Source: Clostridia bacterium
GTDB taxonomy: Bacteria > Bacillota > Clostridia > Christensenellales > DTU072
Length of the DNA stretch: 64,000 nt
Assembly: GCA_035409945.1 (NCBI GenBank)
Contig: DAONQC010000005.1
Span: 57,075-121,074 of the forward strand
Direction of reading: 5' to 3'
A program made the translations under genes and the position numbers. Positions within the stretch are counted from its first letter, which is position 1. Each line of letters opens with the position of its first letter. The notes below the pieces were generated by a model that made no database searches, was not told the origin of the DNA, and was given only the letters and a program-made list of their open reading frames with translations. Below are positions 29,501-40,480 of this stretch, in pieces.

Positions 29501-32500
29501 GTTTAGATAAGAAGCATCTGGCTCACCATACTCTTTTTGTATCAAACTAGGAGTAATAACTACTGTATATTTTGCAATAGTAAAATTCTGTGTAACATTT
29601 GCTGGCAGTTTATAGTTATTATTGGTTAATCCAGTTGCAGTGGCTGTATATTGACTAGCGCTATAATCTTTTTTTGCTCCCCCTACAGTTACATCACAAT
29701 CATCCCCCTCTTTTAACCCTGTTGCTGTTGCTTCAGGAACTTGATCGGTACCATCATATGTAAAGGTACAATTACCCCAATTTAAACCCACTTCTTTTGC
29801 AACAATCTGGAATTTATTTGTTCCGCCACCTTCTGCTAAACTACAAGTATAGTTATTAGAAGTTTCAGCTGGATCTAACTGAACATTTGTAATGTTGTAA
29901 AATCCTACATTTTCTGGAGTTGCTGAACTGGTATCCCTAGTGTATATAACTTTGATGGATTCGCCATTTACCGTCGTAGGTTCTGTCACTTTTAAACTAT
30001 CAGCATCACTATAACTGTAAGTTTTTTGTATGACATTTGGCGAAAGCGATACATGATATTGTTTTATTGTGAAGGATTTTTTGATAATACTTTCATCTGT
30101 CGGAAGTTTATAGTTACCATTCTGCAAAGAAGTAGCTGTTGCTGTGTATGGAGTTGGGCTATAATTTACTTGCGCTCCAGTTACAGTAACCCCACAAGTA
30201 TCATCTGGTACTAAGTTCGTGGCCGTAGCGGTTGGTAACTGATTACCGCCAGTATATGTAAAATCAGCATTACCCCAATCTAAACCCACAACCCTTTGAG
30301 TTATGGTAAACTTGCCATTTCCTGCATTAGCAGCAATAGTTATATTTCCATAGTTATCATTTGTTTCATTTTTTACTGCACTTACTATGTTATATGTTCC
30401 TACATTATTTCCTTCCGGGCTTCTAGAATATTTTATAGACAAAGTATCATCGTTAAACCCCGTTTCTATCGTAGATACTAAATTATCCACTTCACCATAC
30501 ACTTTTGATAGTGCTTCAATTTTATCTGCTTGTAGCGTTAGATTTCTAGCTACAACGGTATAGTCGTGTCCTGTGTAAACTACATTGTACACTCCTTGGG
30601 GATCAGATGTGCTTGCAACAGTAATAGGATAAGTACCCACTGAAGATGTCTGACCGAATCCTGCACCACAAGTTAAAGTAACGGTTAAATCATACCCGGA
30701 CACCAATCCACTGTTATATGAAGGAGTCATAGCAACAGCAACATCACCATAAGTGTGCTGTAAATTTTGTGGCGCTTCCACTTGTACATCCCTTTTGCTT
30801 ACAGTAAATGTAATAGTAGGGAGGGGATTTAAATCTCCAGAAACTGCAATAAATTTATTAGATGAACTAGTTTGATTAGTTGCATACGAATTTTTTAGCG
30901 CCATGACCACAAATCCACACATATACTGCTGGGTGCCCGATGGCCTTAAAGTTGCCGTGTATGTACCGGGTTTTATCATTCCGCCATTTGTAGATAGTCC
31001 AGTCGCGCTATTATACACAATTTGATTTGATGAGTTTTTAATTTGTACAGAAGCTCCATACCCTTTTGCCGAAGCATCTTCAGGGTTCCTGTCCGCCCAT
31101 GCACCTACACCATGATTATTTAAGTTCAGATCTACGCCCTCTAGACTATTATTGGCATTATCTTGAATTTGTAGGTTGTTTTTGAGATAGTCTACAGCAT
31201 TATCTCCCATTTCACTTCCATCAAATATGAAAGTCTTATTAGACGCTGAACCTGTATCCACAACTTTTCCAAGCTGACCTTGTCTGTACACAATGTTCAT
31301 TTTGCCAGTACTAGTAAAGGTACTCTTCGTTGTATCTGTGAAATGCCATTTACCTGTAGCATTTCTCATAAAGCATAACCCTTCTAATTTGCCAGGTTTA
31401 TTTGGATCAAATAGCCTTCCTGTCTCACCCGTGGTGTTTTCATTATTTCCAATTTGCCCCACAACAGTTTCAGTAGTTCCAGTAAACGGAGCGTTGTAGT
31501 AAGTAACAACATATAAATTACTCGAGCTAGCCCTATTGAAATATATACTATCGATTCTAGCAGTATTTACATTAGTGGTAACTGAGTTATAGTTGTTATA
31601 AAACGCCTCTCGTCTAACCTGAACCGGAGTTCCAGTTACATACAAACTATCATTATTTGTCCATATAGTGCCCTTTGGATTACCCTTGTGATAATCAAGC
31701 CCGTCAGAGGTTCCATAGTCGTTCCTATAAAATAGATTGCTGACATAAGCATTCCGCGCAACCCTATGACCATTTGGTGTCCAATACCCTTCACCGCCAC
31801 CAGGTCCTTCCATCGATTCTAAGCGACCAGTAAAATCGTAATAAAAACCGTCAACTTTTGTAGCCGTTCCACCTTCAACAACCCCGACTGCACCACCTAC
31901 AAAAACATCGGCAGAACCATTGTTGACATTGCCTTTAATCGTCCCAGCACCACTCAAATAACAGCTTTCAACAACCGTCCTTCCCGTAGTATCTCTAACT
32001 TCTCCTATAATTCCGCCTATTGAAGAGTCATAATCTGTTCCAGTAGTATTTGATGTATTATTATTAAGCTCAAACTTTGCCCCTGATTCAACTATTAGTT
32101 TACTATTCTTAACCTTAGAATTCCCTTCAGCAATTCCGACAAACCCACCTGCACTAGATGCACGGTTCCTTGTACAATGGAAACGTAAATACATCCCCGA
32201 TGCTATCGTTACTGTACAGTTGTCTATAAGCGCATTACTGGCCGCCTTCGACGCTATTACTCCAAAACCTGTCCCATCGCCTGCAGCATCATCGCTAAAA
32301 CAAGCGGTCGTACCTTCAATTCTTACATTTAGATTTTTGACCGTCCCTCTTAAAATTCCCACAATTAATCCAGCAGCAAACCAAGCATCATCTTTTGTGG
32401 TTGTCCCCCAAGCATTATAGTTATCGTACGGAAAAGTAATAGTATATCCACAGCCATCTAGCACACCATCAAAAAACCTATCCCCCCAATAATCTTTTCC

Positions 32501-32883
32501 ATAATATCCATTCCAAGAATTATTGTTTCCGCCCTGTATCCATAGCGGAGCAAAGTTTCTATCCATAGTTATGTTTTGGGTTAGATGGAAATTCCCTGTT
32601 TTAACACCATTGTTGCCAACGTTTCTTAGTTGATGTAAACCATCTTTATTGCTAATAGCAGTAGAGCCCGCAACTGGCTGATATCCTGCCGAGACTTGAC
32701 CAGGCATAAAAGATTGGGCGGAACCATCAAATGTTTCGGCGGCTTCGGCTACTTTTGCAGTATTATTTGCCTCCAATGTTGCGACTGTAGGAGGTTTTAT
32801 AGCTAAAATTAATACCACTACTAAAACTGCAATGAATGCTAAAAATACCACTGAAATATTTGTTATTTTTTCTTGTAACTCAT
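23525..32883 (-). CDS. Giant (about 3100 aa) cell-surface adhesin-like protein: beta-helix/GLUG-like head, many MBG/Ig-like repeats, C-terminal TM anchor; 1-bp frameshift between the ATG (32883) and the main ORF (32851)
   Basis: Repeated K(T/I/E)YG.DP and FTY.G..Q.P units; GG(F/I/A)(V/I)G repeats in the head; terminal ILYIIGGILLLFLVIFTI plus RLRR; AGGAG RBS before ATG 32883. Confidence 0.85.
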
Positions 32884-33304
32884 AATAAAAACTCCTATTT
32901 GCAAACCCAGTCGCTATAGTTTGCTATAATCTACCGCTTTGACCGCCTTATCTTAAATTTAATTTGCACGCAAGACATCACGCGTGCGTGCGTGTAGTTG
33001 TATTTATAGTACCACACAGACATGTGCAAATCAACAAATGAACTCAAAATCATATCGAATGTAGGTGAAAAAATATAGTAAATTTGATGCTTGAATATTT
33101 AAAGCAAAAGTTTAAGTTGCTTGTCTGCTGTCGTAGTAGGAGAGCGGTATAGGTATGTGTATACGTGTCGCAAAATGAGCGTTTGAATAGTGGTTTTAAT
33201 TAAAGTTAAGTGGTGCAAGTGGTTAAGTTGCATGTTATAATATGAATTATCTTATTGATACGCTCAATTAAATGTGTACGATTTAATTATGGCTGGTGGA
33301 ATAT

Positions 33305-35929
33305 ATGTTTAAACATAAGAGTTTGGTCGTTATTGTAGTTATTTTACTTGTGGTTTTACTTACCACAACTTTATTTGCCTGCAATAAAAATAATGGTGGC
33401 GAAAATAGGACGCCTTCAAATGTTGTCATTGTCACCCCACCAGAACTTCCTAAAGATGAAGAGCCTCCTGCACCAAAATACGATGAGTCGCATCCTAGAC
33501 AAAATATGCTTGATTACTATGGACTTTCAGAGTCTGTTTCCCTAACTGAATCTTCTGAGAGCTTATCCGAACAAGCTATTAGACTTTCGATAATAAATAA
33601 CTTTTTTGATACACTGGAAAATACTGAAATTAATATAGAAAAACTAAGGGCGTTTTCAAAGTCAAACCTCTCTCAAATTGACCTATTTATATTCGACACA
33701 ACTCCAACAATTGAAATTGATCCTGCAATCGATATTGATTTAAATCTAACCATTGAGGAGTTTGTTGAAATCACGGGTGCTTACTTTAACGCAGTCAAAC
33801 AAACTGTAAATGATGAAACTCTTTTTGATGATGCTATTTTGAAAGGAAATGAGTATACAAGTAGCATCAATTTAGATGATAAGCCTTTGTATGATAGGTA
33901 CTCATCCCTTGTAGAATTAAACTCATATATTACCAAATTAAGATACCCTTCACCCATCACCGAGGAGAGATATAATCAAGCCATTCAGGCTCTAAATAAT
34001 GCCGGTTTGGAACCCGGAACTGCAGAATCTCCAGATGGGAGTTTTAACTCTGCTTATCTTTTAAATATAGTCAATGTGACTAGTGCTGCGCTTGGCGATG
34101 CAAAAACTAGTTTAGATAATTTACTTAAAGAGAAAGAAGACGTCACCACTGCAATTTCAATGCTAGAAAATTCTCTTGTTTTAGATAATACAAGTGATAT
34201 TCACTTTCCTACAATCTCTAGATGGGCAGATCTTTTTATGGACGGAGGAGCTAGCGTTAATAACCATACATTAGACTGGTTAAGAACTTATGTGTACGCC
34301 TTGCAAGACACCTATCCTAAGACTAAAATCGTGACACCTGAAACCACTAATGGCATCACTAGTTATTGGGTGGAATATTTGTATAATGAACAACTTTGCG
34401 CAAATAAATATTATGAAAACATTGCTTATCCTTACATTAGATATGCTGAAGCCATTTCTCTTAAAAACAACCCTACAATTCCCCCAACCAAATTCATTTT
34501 TGCAACTGGAACTATTGGCGAAGCTATAGAAAGCATGCTTACCGACTATTTAGCTTTGATGTACCATAAAATGCAAGTACAGAACTTCACTAAAAAATTA
34601 AAGACATTACCAAGTGTAGCGGCGTGGACTGAACAGGATATTTCAACATATGTGAATTTACAAACTAACTATTTAAATGCTCAAGTCAACCTGGTGAAGA
34701 ATAATCGCCCTGCTATACAAACATTAATTAATGGTTTAAGGTGCCTTATTCCAAATCACGATTACTACAACATGCGTGAATATTTATCAGGCTGGCTAGA
34801 AGATAGTGAAAAAATGTTACAAATTGAACCTATATCCGAACTCACTCAAACAATTTTCAATGCAGTTAATCCTGATTTAATATCTAGTCTTGTAAGATCT
34901 ATTTCAGAAACAGAAATTACTAATAGACGAAATTTTGGGATATATATGCCAAAAGCTCTAACCTCTATCAAAACATCCTTACCTGAAGTAAGTGAACTCA
35001 CCGATATTTTACTTGACTATACGCATGGACTAACAGGACATGCGAAATATAGAATGATAGAAATAGTAGATGGTATTTTCAGCAGCGAAAACCCTGACCT
35101 ACAATCTCAAAAAGAGGCTTTCGACTCCTATCAACAAGTACTCAAATCCATAGAGCAATTTGTGTTATCAGATGATTTGTCATATATGGAATTTGAATAC
35201 AATACGATAACTGAAAAGCTAGGCGATAACATTACTGCTACAATTTCTAACTTCGAAAATCGGAGCGAAGTTAACACATTTTATAACGAAGTCATACGCT
35301 ACTTAAATACGCTGGTAGACGAAGATACTGATGACATCAATGTTTACTTAAAAAGTGCAATTACTGAAACAGCACAACTATTTGATAATTTAATTTTTGC
35401 TGGTACCATAATGGATACTCTTGCTTCATATGAGCCATACAGCGATGATGATGAAGTGATAAATAACGTAAATGACACTATCGAACAACTTTTGAATCAT
35501 TATATTGAAATAGGAATATTTGCATCTCTACGCAAAGAAGATAGTTTTGAAACCAAAGAAGCAGTTGCTCTTGAATGGTTTAATTCCTTCGTAAACTCAG
35601 ATTACATAAGCGGACAAGACAATTTGCGATTTTTAAATAAAGCTGGTGGCTTTGCCTTTTTGCCAAGCGCTACCGAACAAACCTACGTTATATCGCCAGA
35701 CGCAACAGGGAAAATCGAGATTACAATTACAAAAGATTCTCTTTCACCTAACAGTTCCTTTAGACTTTACAATAGCAATTTTAGATTATCTTTTTCAGGG
35801 GAAGAGCGCGATGATAAGTATATTATAACTGCCCCAGCTTATGCTGGTACACTTTACTACCTTTCCTTTACCGCAAATTCCGGTGGCAATATCTTTTCCT
35901 CATTTACAGGTGTAAAATATAAAGATTAA
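33305..35929 (+). CDS. Hypothetical lipoprotein, largely helical, with a C-terminal beta-sandwich (PPC-like) domain
   Basis: Signal peptide with LFAC lipobox and Pro-rich linker; end segment YVISPDATGKIEITIT...AGTLYYLSF; ORF track starts at 33296, ATG at 33305. Confidence 0.75.
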   Translation: MFKHKSLVVIVVILLVVLLTTTLFACNKNNGGENRTPSNVVIVTPPELPKDEEPPAPKYDESHPRQNMLDYYGLSESVSLTESSESLSEQAIRLSIINNFFDTLENTEINIEKLRAFSKSNLSQIDLFIFDTTPTIEIDPAIDIDLNLTIEEFVEITGAYFNAVKQTVNDETLFDDAILKGNEYTSSINLDDKPLYDRYSSLVELNSYITKLRYPSPITEERYNQAIQALNNAGLEPGTAESPDGSFNSAYLLNIVNVTSAALGDAKTSLDNLLKEKEDVTTAISMLENSLVLDNTSDIHFPTISRWADLFMDGGASVNNHTLDWLRTYVYALQDTYPKTKIVTPETTNGITSYWVEYLYNEQLCANKYYENIAYPYIRYAEAISLKNNPTIPPTKFIFATGTIGEAIESMLTDYLALMYHKMQVQNFTKKLKTLPSVAAWTEQDISTYVNLQTNYLNAQVNLVKNNRPAIQTLINGLRCLIPNHDYYNMREYLSGWLEDSEKMLQIEPISELTQTIFNAVNPDLISSLVRSISETEITNRRNFGIYMPKALTSIKTSLPEVSELTDILLDYTHGLTGHAKYRMIEIVDGIFSSENPDLQSQKEAFDSYQQVLKSIEQFVLSDDLSYMEFEYNTITEKLGDNITATISNFENRSEVNTFYNEVIRYLNTLVDEDTDDINVYLKSAITETAQLFDNLIFAGTIMDTLASYEPYSDDDEVINNVNDTIEQLLNHYIEIGIFASLRKEDSFETKEAVALEWFNSFVNSDYISGQDNLRFLNKAGGFAFLPSATEQTYVISPDATGKIEITITKDSLSPNSSFRLYNSNFRLSFSGEERDDKYIITAPAYAGTLYYLSFTANSGGNIFSSFTGVKYKD

Positions 35930-36085
35930 TTTTAAGCATGCATTCCCTAACAAAGAACGTAAGTTGTATAGCAACACCTGACTACATTTCTTTTACAATT
36001 GGTGGAAATATATTTTCTTTATTTACGAGTATAGAATATAAAGATTAACTTTTTAAGCGTATTCCATAACAAATAAATTTAAATT
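35856..36085 (+). repeat. Tandem diverged copy of the lipoprotein gene 3' end plus following sequence (about 119-125 bp offset)
   Basis: AATATAAAGATTAA ends at 35929 and 36048; copy reads DYISFTIGGNIFSLFTSIEYKD* versus gene YYLSFTANSGGNIFSSFTGVKYKD*. Confidence 0.9.
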
Positions 36086-36501
36086 ACCTAGATGTCATTC
36101 TGGGTCAATTTTGTATCTGCAGCTACAATATTTGTACCTATTATGATAATTCTACTCTCTACTAGCCATCTCTTGTACACACCGCAGTGGTTTAATTTCG
36201 GGTTTCGAATCCAAGGCTGTTGACATCTTTGAGTTGAACAGCATCTCCTAGCGCACGTTGCTTGTTTTGCACCTTTATTGCACTAGAGTACAAATAGATA
36301 ATGGTATTGTTGCCATATCTTTCATTCTAGATATATGTAAATCACTTCTCATACTGGAGGCTCAACCTTAGGCGTGCTTGCATTTGCTTGACTAATAATA
36401 TATTTTTTGTTAATATTTTTTAAGTTAAATATAACTGCCATACATGTCAGTAAGCCCAACATCTAAGCTTTTTATATGATATGGGTTTGCAAGGAGATAA
36501 T

Positions 36502-39351
36502 ATGCTTACACTACTTGACATAACGAAAACTTACGGAAAAAAAGAAGTTGAACAAGTTCAAGCACTTAGAGGCCTAAACATTAATTTTAGAAGAAATGAA
36601 TTTGTATCTATTTTAGGACCTTCCGGGTGTGGCAAGACCACCCTATTAAATATTATTGGTGGACTAGACCGATATACATCTGGCGATTTAATTATTGAAG
36701 GCTATTCAACTAAAGAATTTAAAGAATCAGATTGGAATAATTACCGTAACAAAAAAATTGGGTTTGTTTTCCAAACATATAATTTAATCCCCCACCTTAC
36801 CGTAGTAAGGAACGTGGAATTATCTTTAACTATTGCGGGAGTTGGACCCGCAGAACGCAGGCAGCGTGCTCTTGAAGTTTTAGGAAAAGTTGATTTATTA
36901 GATAAGGCAAACAAACGCCCCAACCAACTTTCTGGTGGACAAATGCAGAGAGTTGCAATTGCTAGAGCTTTGATCAATGAGCCTGAAATCATTCTAGCAG
37001 ATGAACCAACTGGAGCTCTTGATAGTGAATCGGGCATACAAGTCCTTGATCTGCTAAAAGAAGTTGCTTCAGATAGGCTTGTCATAATGGTTACACACAA
37101 TTCCGAGTTAGCAAAAAAATACAGTACTCGTATTGTAAATCTATCTGATGGTCTTTTAGTAGAGGATACTAACCCATACTCAATAGAAGAAGCTATTGAA
37201 GATAGCAAAAAGGATTCCGATGGACACTCTGCTTTAGAAGAATTACTAATGCTTACTCAACTTGAAGAAATGTCGAACGATGATATTAAAGCAGACACAG
37301 AAAGTACAGAGATAATAGAAGACTCCACCATTGAATCCTCCTCCATTACAGAAACCAAGAGTCATAAAGCAGGTGATTTTGTTCGGAGAATAATAGAAGC
37401 TCCTAAACGCGCTGTAAAAGTTTTAGCAACAAAGAAGAAACAAAAACAAGAAATAGCCAATGGAACTGTTTTAAATGAGAATGGCGAGGATAAGCCTGTT
37501 AAAAAGCCAGTCAATACTCAAAAGAGACAAAAGGCTGAAAAATCATCTATGTCTATACCTACTGCAGTAGGACTTAGTTTTAGAAACTTAATGAGTAAAA
37601 AAACACGTACTTTTATAACTGCATTTGCTAGCAGTATTGGTATAATCGGTATTTTACTAGTCTTCGCCTTAAGCTCCGGAGCAAATGCATTTATTAGTAA
37701 AAGTGAAGAAAATGCTCTTTCTCAATACCCTATACGAGTTGGAAAAACAAGTTTAAATTATGAAGTTGTAATGAAAATCATGCGGGACCTAGACTCTAGT
37801 AGAGAAGATTATCCTAAAGAAGATGTGATGTATGCAAGACAACTCCTTACTGCCTTTTTGGAAAAAATGCAAGCAGGCGAAATCTTCTCAGACAATGATT
37901 TAGCTGAAGTTAAAAAATATCTTGACCAAAACATGGACACTTTAGAAGAACATGGTTATGTCAAATATGGTTTACAGACCCAAATGCATATATATTCAAA
38001 CTATGCCAAACAAAAAGCTGATGAAGATGGTTATACAAAGCTATCCCCATATTTAGACAGTTTAGAGATATTAGCTAAAAACTTCCCAATCATTGGTACA
38101 TTTTTACCTACACTAAAAGATAAAGGTACCTTTGGGTTTGCAATACCTGAATGGGATGAAATGATTGCAAATGAACATCTTATAAAACAACAATATGAAC
38201 TAGTTGGAGATAATTCAAAGTGGCCTACAAAATATGATGAGGTTGTCATTGTTCTTGATAAGAAAAATCAAGTAAATGACTTCTCGCTCTTTAGTTTAGG
38301 ACTTTTACATGAAGAAGCTCTTACCGATGCTATGGACTTAGAGAGAGGATTAGATACCTATTCTTTTGCAATAGACGAATTGCTTGGTATGGAGTACAAA
38401 ATAGCGACGGGTGCTGATTATTATTACAAGAACGAGGAAGGCAAATGGGATAAACGTCGTCCAACAGATCAAACATCCGAATTTATTGAAGAAACGATGG
38501 TTGATGAAAATGGAAACACTGTGTATAAAAACGTTGTACCTGTCAAAGTTGTCGGTGTAATCCGCCCAAGACCAGGTGTGGAAGTAACCTCTATTAACGG
38601 AGTCATTGGCTATAGAACCGAATTAACTAAAATGCTAATTGATAGAGTTAATAATCACCCCGCAATGCAAGCGCAACTCGCATCTGATGATCCTATATAC
38701 ACATATATAGATCCAAAAGATCCCGAAAACAAAAACAAAAGAAACATAACAACCAAGGCGCAAGTTTTTTCAAGCCTGGGAAGAGTTAATACCGAAGAAC
38801 CAAAATCTATACGTATTTATGCAAAATCATTTGCTGACAAAGAAGCCATACAAAAGATACTTGATGAAGCAAGAATAGATGGCAAACCCATTAAGTATAG
38901 TGATGAACTAACTTTGATTATGGGATTTGTTGAAACCATGGCAACAACTATAACTGGTGTACTAATAGGGTTTTCAGCCATATCATTAGTGGTTTCTTCT
39001 ATAATGATTTCGATAATTATATACACATCAGTCCTTGAACGAAGAAAGGAAATTGGAGTACTACGTAGTCTAGGTGCTAGAAAAATTGATATTTCTAATG
39101 TCTTTAATGCAGAATCTGGCATGATTGGAGTATTATCTGGGCTTATTGCAGCACTCATCTCATTTATACTTTCTATTGGAGTAAGTGTAGCACTTGAAAA
39201 ATCATTTGGGATTGCCGATTTACTGTCACTGCAGTGGCACCATGTCGTCATAATGGTTGCTGTTAGTGCATTACTAAGTTTAATTGCAGGATTTATCCCT
39301 TCACGGATTGCATCAAAACAAGACCCTGCAATTGTATTGCGATCAGAATAG
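36502..39351 (+). CDS. MacB/FtsX-type ABC transporter, fused ATPase and permease
   Basis: GPSGCGKTT, LSGGQMQR, ILADEPTGALD, SVLERRKEIGVLRSLGA, ASKQDP; AAGGAG RBS before ATG 36502 (ORF track starts at 36481). Confidence 0.9.
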   Translation: MLTLLDITKTYGKKEVEQVQALRGLNINFRRNEFVSILGPSGCGKTTLLNIIGGLDRYTSGDLIIEGYSTKEFKESDWNNYRNKKIGFVFQTYNLIPHLTVVRNVELSLTIAGVGPAERRQRALEVLGKVDLLDKANKRPNQLSGGQMQRVAIARALINEPEIILADEPTGALDSESGIQVLDLLKEVASDRLVIMVTHNSELAKKYSTRIVNLSDGLLVEDTNPYSIEEAIEDSKKDSDGHSALEELLMLTQLEEMSNDDIKADTESTEIIEDSTIESSSITETKSHKAGDFVRRIIEAPKRAVKVLATKKKQKQEIANGTVLNENGEDKPVKKPVNTQKRQKAEKSSMSIPTAVGLSFRNLMSKKTRTFITAFASSIGIIGILLVFALSSGANAFISKSEENALSQYPIRVGKTSLNYEVVMKIMRDLDSSREDYPKEDVMYARQLLTAFLEKMQAGEIFSDNDLAEVKKYLDQNMDTLEEHGYVKYGLQTQMHIYSNYAKQKADEDGYTKLSPYLDSLEILAKNFPIIGTFLPTLKDKGTFGFAIPEWDEMIANEHLIKQQYELVGDNSKWPTKYDEVVIVLDKKNQVNDFSLFSLGLLHEEALTDAMDLERGLDTYSFAIDELLGMEYKIATGADYYYKNEEGKWDKRRPTDQTSEFIEETMVDENGNTVYKNVVPVKVVGVIRPRPGVEVTSINGVIGYRTELTKMLIDRVNNHPAMQAQLASDDPIYTYIDPKDPENKNKRNITTKAQVFSSLGRVNTEEPKSIRIYAKSFADKEAIQKILDEARIDGKPIKYSDELTLIMGFVETMATTITGVLIGFSAISLVVSSIMISIIIYTSVLERRKEIGVLRSLGARKIDISNVFNAESGMIGVLSGLIAALISFILSIGVSVALEKSFGIADLLSLQWHHVVIMVAVSALLSLIAGFIPSRIASKQDPAIVLRSE

Positions 39352-39382
39352 CAAGCTATAACAAATATTTAATCAACAAAAC

Positions 39383-39414
39383 AAATGAGATTGTAAAAAC
39401 GCAATCTCATTTTT
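39383..39414 (+). terminator. Intrinsic terminator
   Basis: AAATGAGATTG-N8-CAATCTCATTT plus T run, between convergent genes. Confidence 0.7.
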
Positions 39415-39570
39415 ATATCAACTCAACCGTTGCTTGTATTAAACCTCAGTCAGATCAACGCTGATGTTCTCTAGTCTAGTTCTTACTTGTGATATAAATG
39501 CACAGCCTATAAAGCCTTAAAAAGCCTAATGTGTCAGAAGAAACGAATAAGTGTGTTATAGATTAAAATG

Positions 39571-40341
39571 TCAAACTTCGACTGGGTCGATGCTTATATG
39601 TTTTAACCGTGTTCTTACTTTGCGGTAAGAAGGCATATATGTTTCTATGAAGTTATAAAAAGCCTTGTCATGTCGTGCGTAAACTAGGTGGGCAAGTTCA
39701 TGAAGTATTAAATAATTCATGACTTCTTCATCCGCTTTCAGTAGTGATTCGTTAAAGGTAACTACATTCTTCGTCGGCTTGCAATTTCCCCACATGGTTT
39801 TCATCCTACGAATCTTAATGTCAGGAATTGGTCTTGTATTACCAAATAGTATTTTAAAAATATCTACAGTTTTTTCAGTGAATACTTCCAGTGCTTTGTT
39901 TTTCCATAACTTTGAAAATACCTTATTTCGATATTCACTATCACTTAAGTTAGTACAATAATATTTTACACATTCACTTGTAAATACTAATTTATTGTAT
40001 GGGGATTTTATAAGCTCTAGAGGCAGCAACCTACCAAAATATCGAATTTCCTTACCCTTAACTCCATCTCCTAATTCACGTTCTTTACTAGCTATTATGT
40101 GCTTTTTTAACCAAGACTCTTTTCTTTTTATAAACCCCATAATTTCAAATTCGGGCATCCTAAATGGCGAGTTTAGATATATACTTCCGTCTTTATCTAC
40201 CCTAAGGGACATGTTTCTATATCGCCCTTGATTCCATATAACTATCCTAGTTCCTATCGGGTAGCCTAAATCAATTGTTATTTTCTTAGTCTCTTTTGGC
40301 AACTTAAACGTGTTCATATTGAGAGTTCCTACTACTGGCAT
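39571..40341 (-). CDS. YgjP/DUF45-like zinc-dependent hydrolase (SprT/M48-like)
   Basis: MKTMWGNC and YLILHELAHLVYARH..FY motifs. Confidence 0.85.
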   Translation of the reverse strand: MPVVGTLNMNTFKLPKETKKITIDLGYPIGTRIVIWNQGRYRNMSLRVDKDGSIYLNSPFRMPEFEIMGFIKRKESWLKKHIIASKERELGDGVKGKEIRYFGRLLPLELIKSPYNKLVFTSECVKYYCTNLSDSEYRNKVFSKLWKNKALEVFTEKTVDIFKILFGNTRPIPDIKIRRMKTMWGNCKPTKNVVTFNESLLKADEEVMNYLILHELAHLVYARHDKAFYNFIETYMPSYRKVRTRLKHISIDPVEV

Positions 40342-40480
40342 TATTTATGTTTCTAAGGTTTGTTTTATTCAGTGCGCGTATAGCGGCTTACTTTATAAAA
40401 CCATCTACAGAGAGATGGTTTAAATGGTGAGTATAATTTAATCAAGTAAACAGTTTTGACTAAAGCTCGAGGTCTTTTAT

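Noticed and set aside
36181..36217. tRNA or tRNA-derived att site (GCAGTGGT ... GGTTTCGAATCC)
   Set aside because: D-like and T-like motifs are too close, with no anticodon arm or acceptor stem, an extra T in the T loop and no integrase nearby
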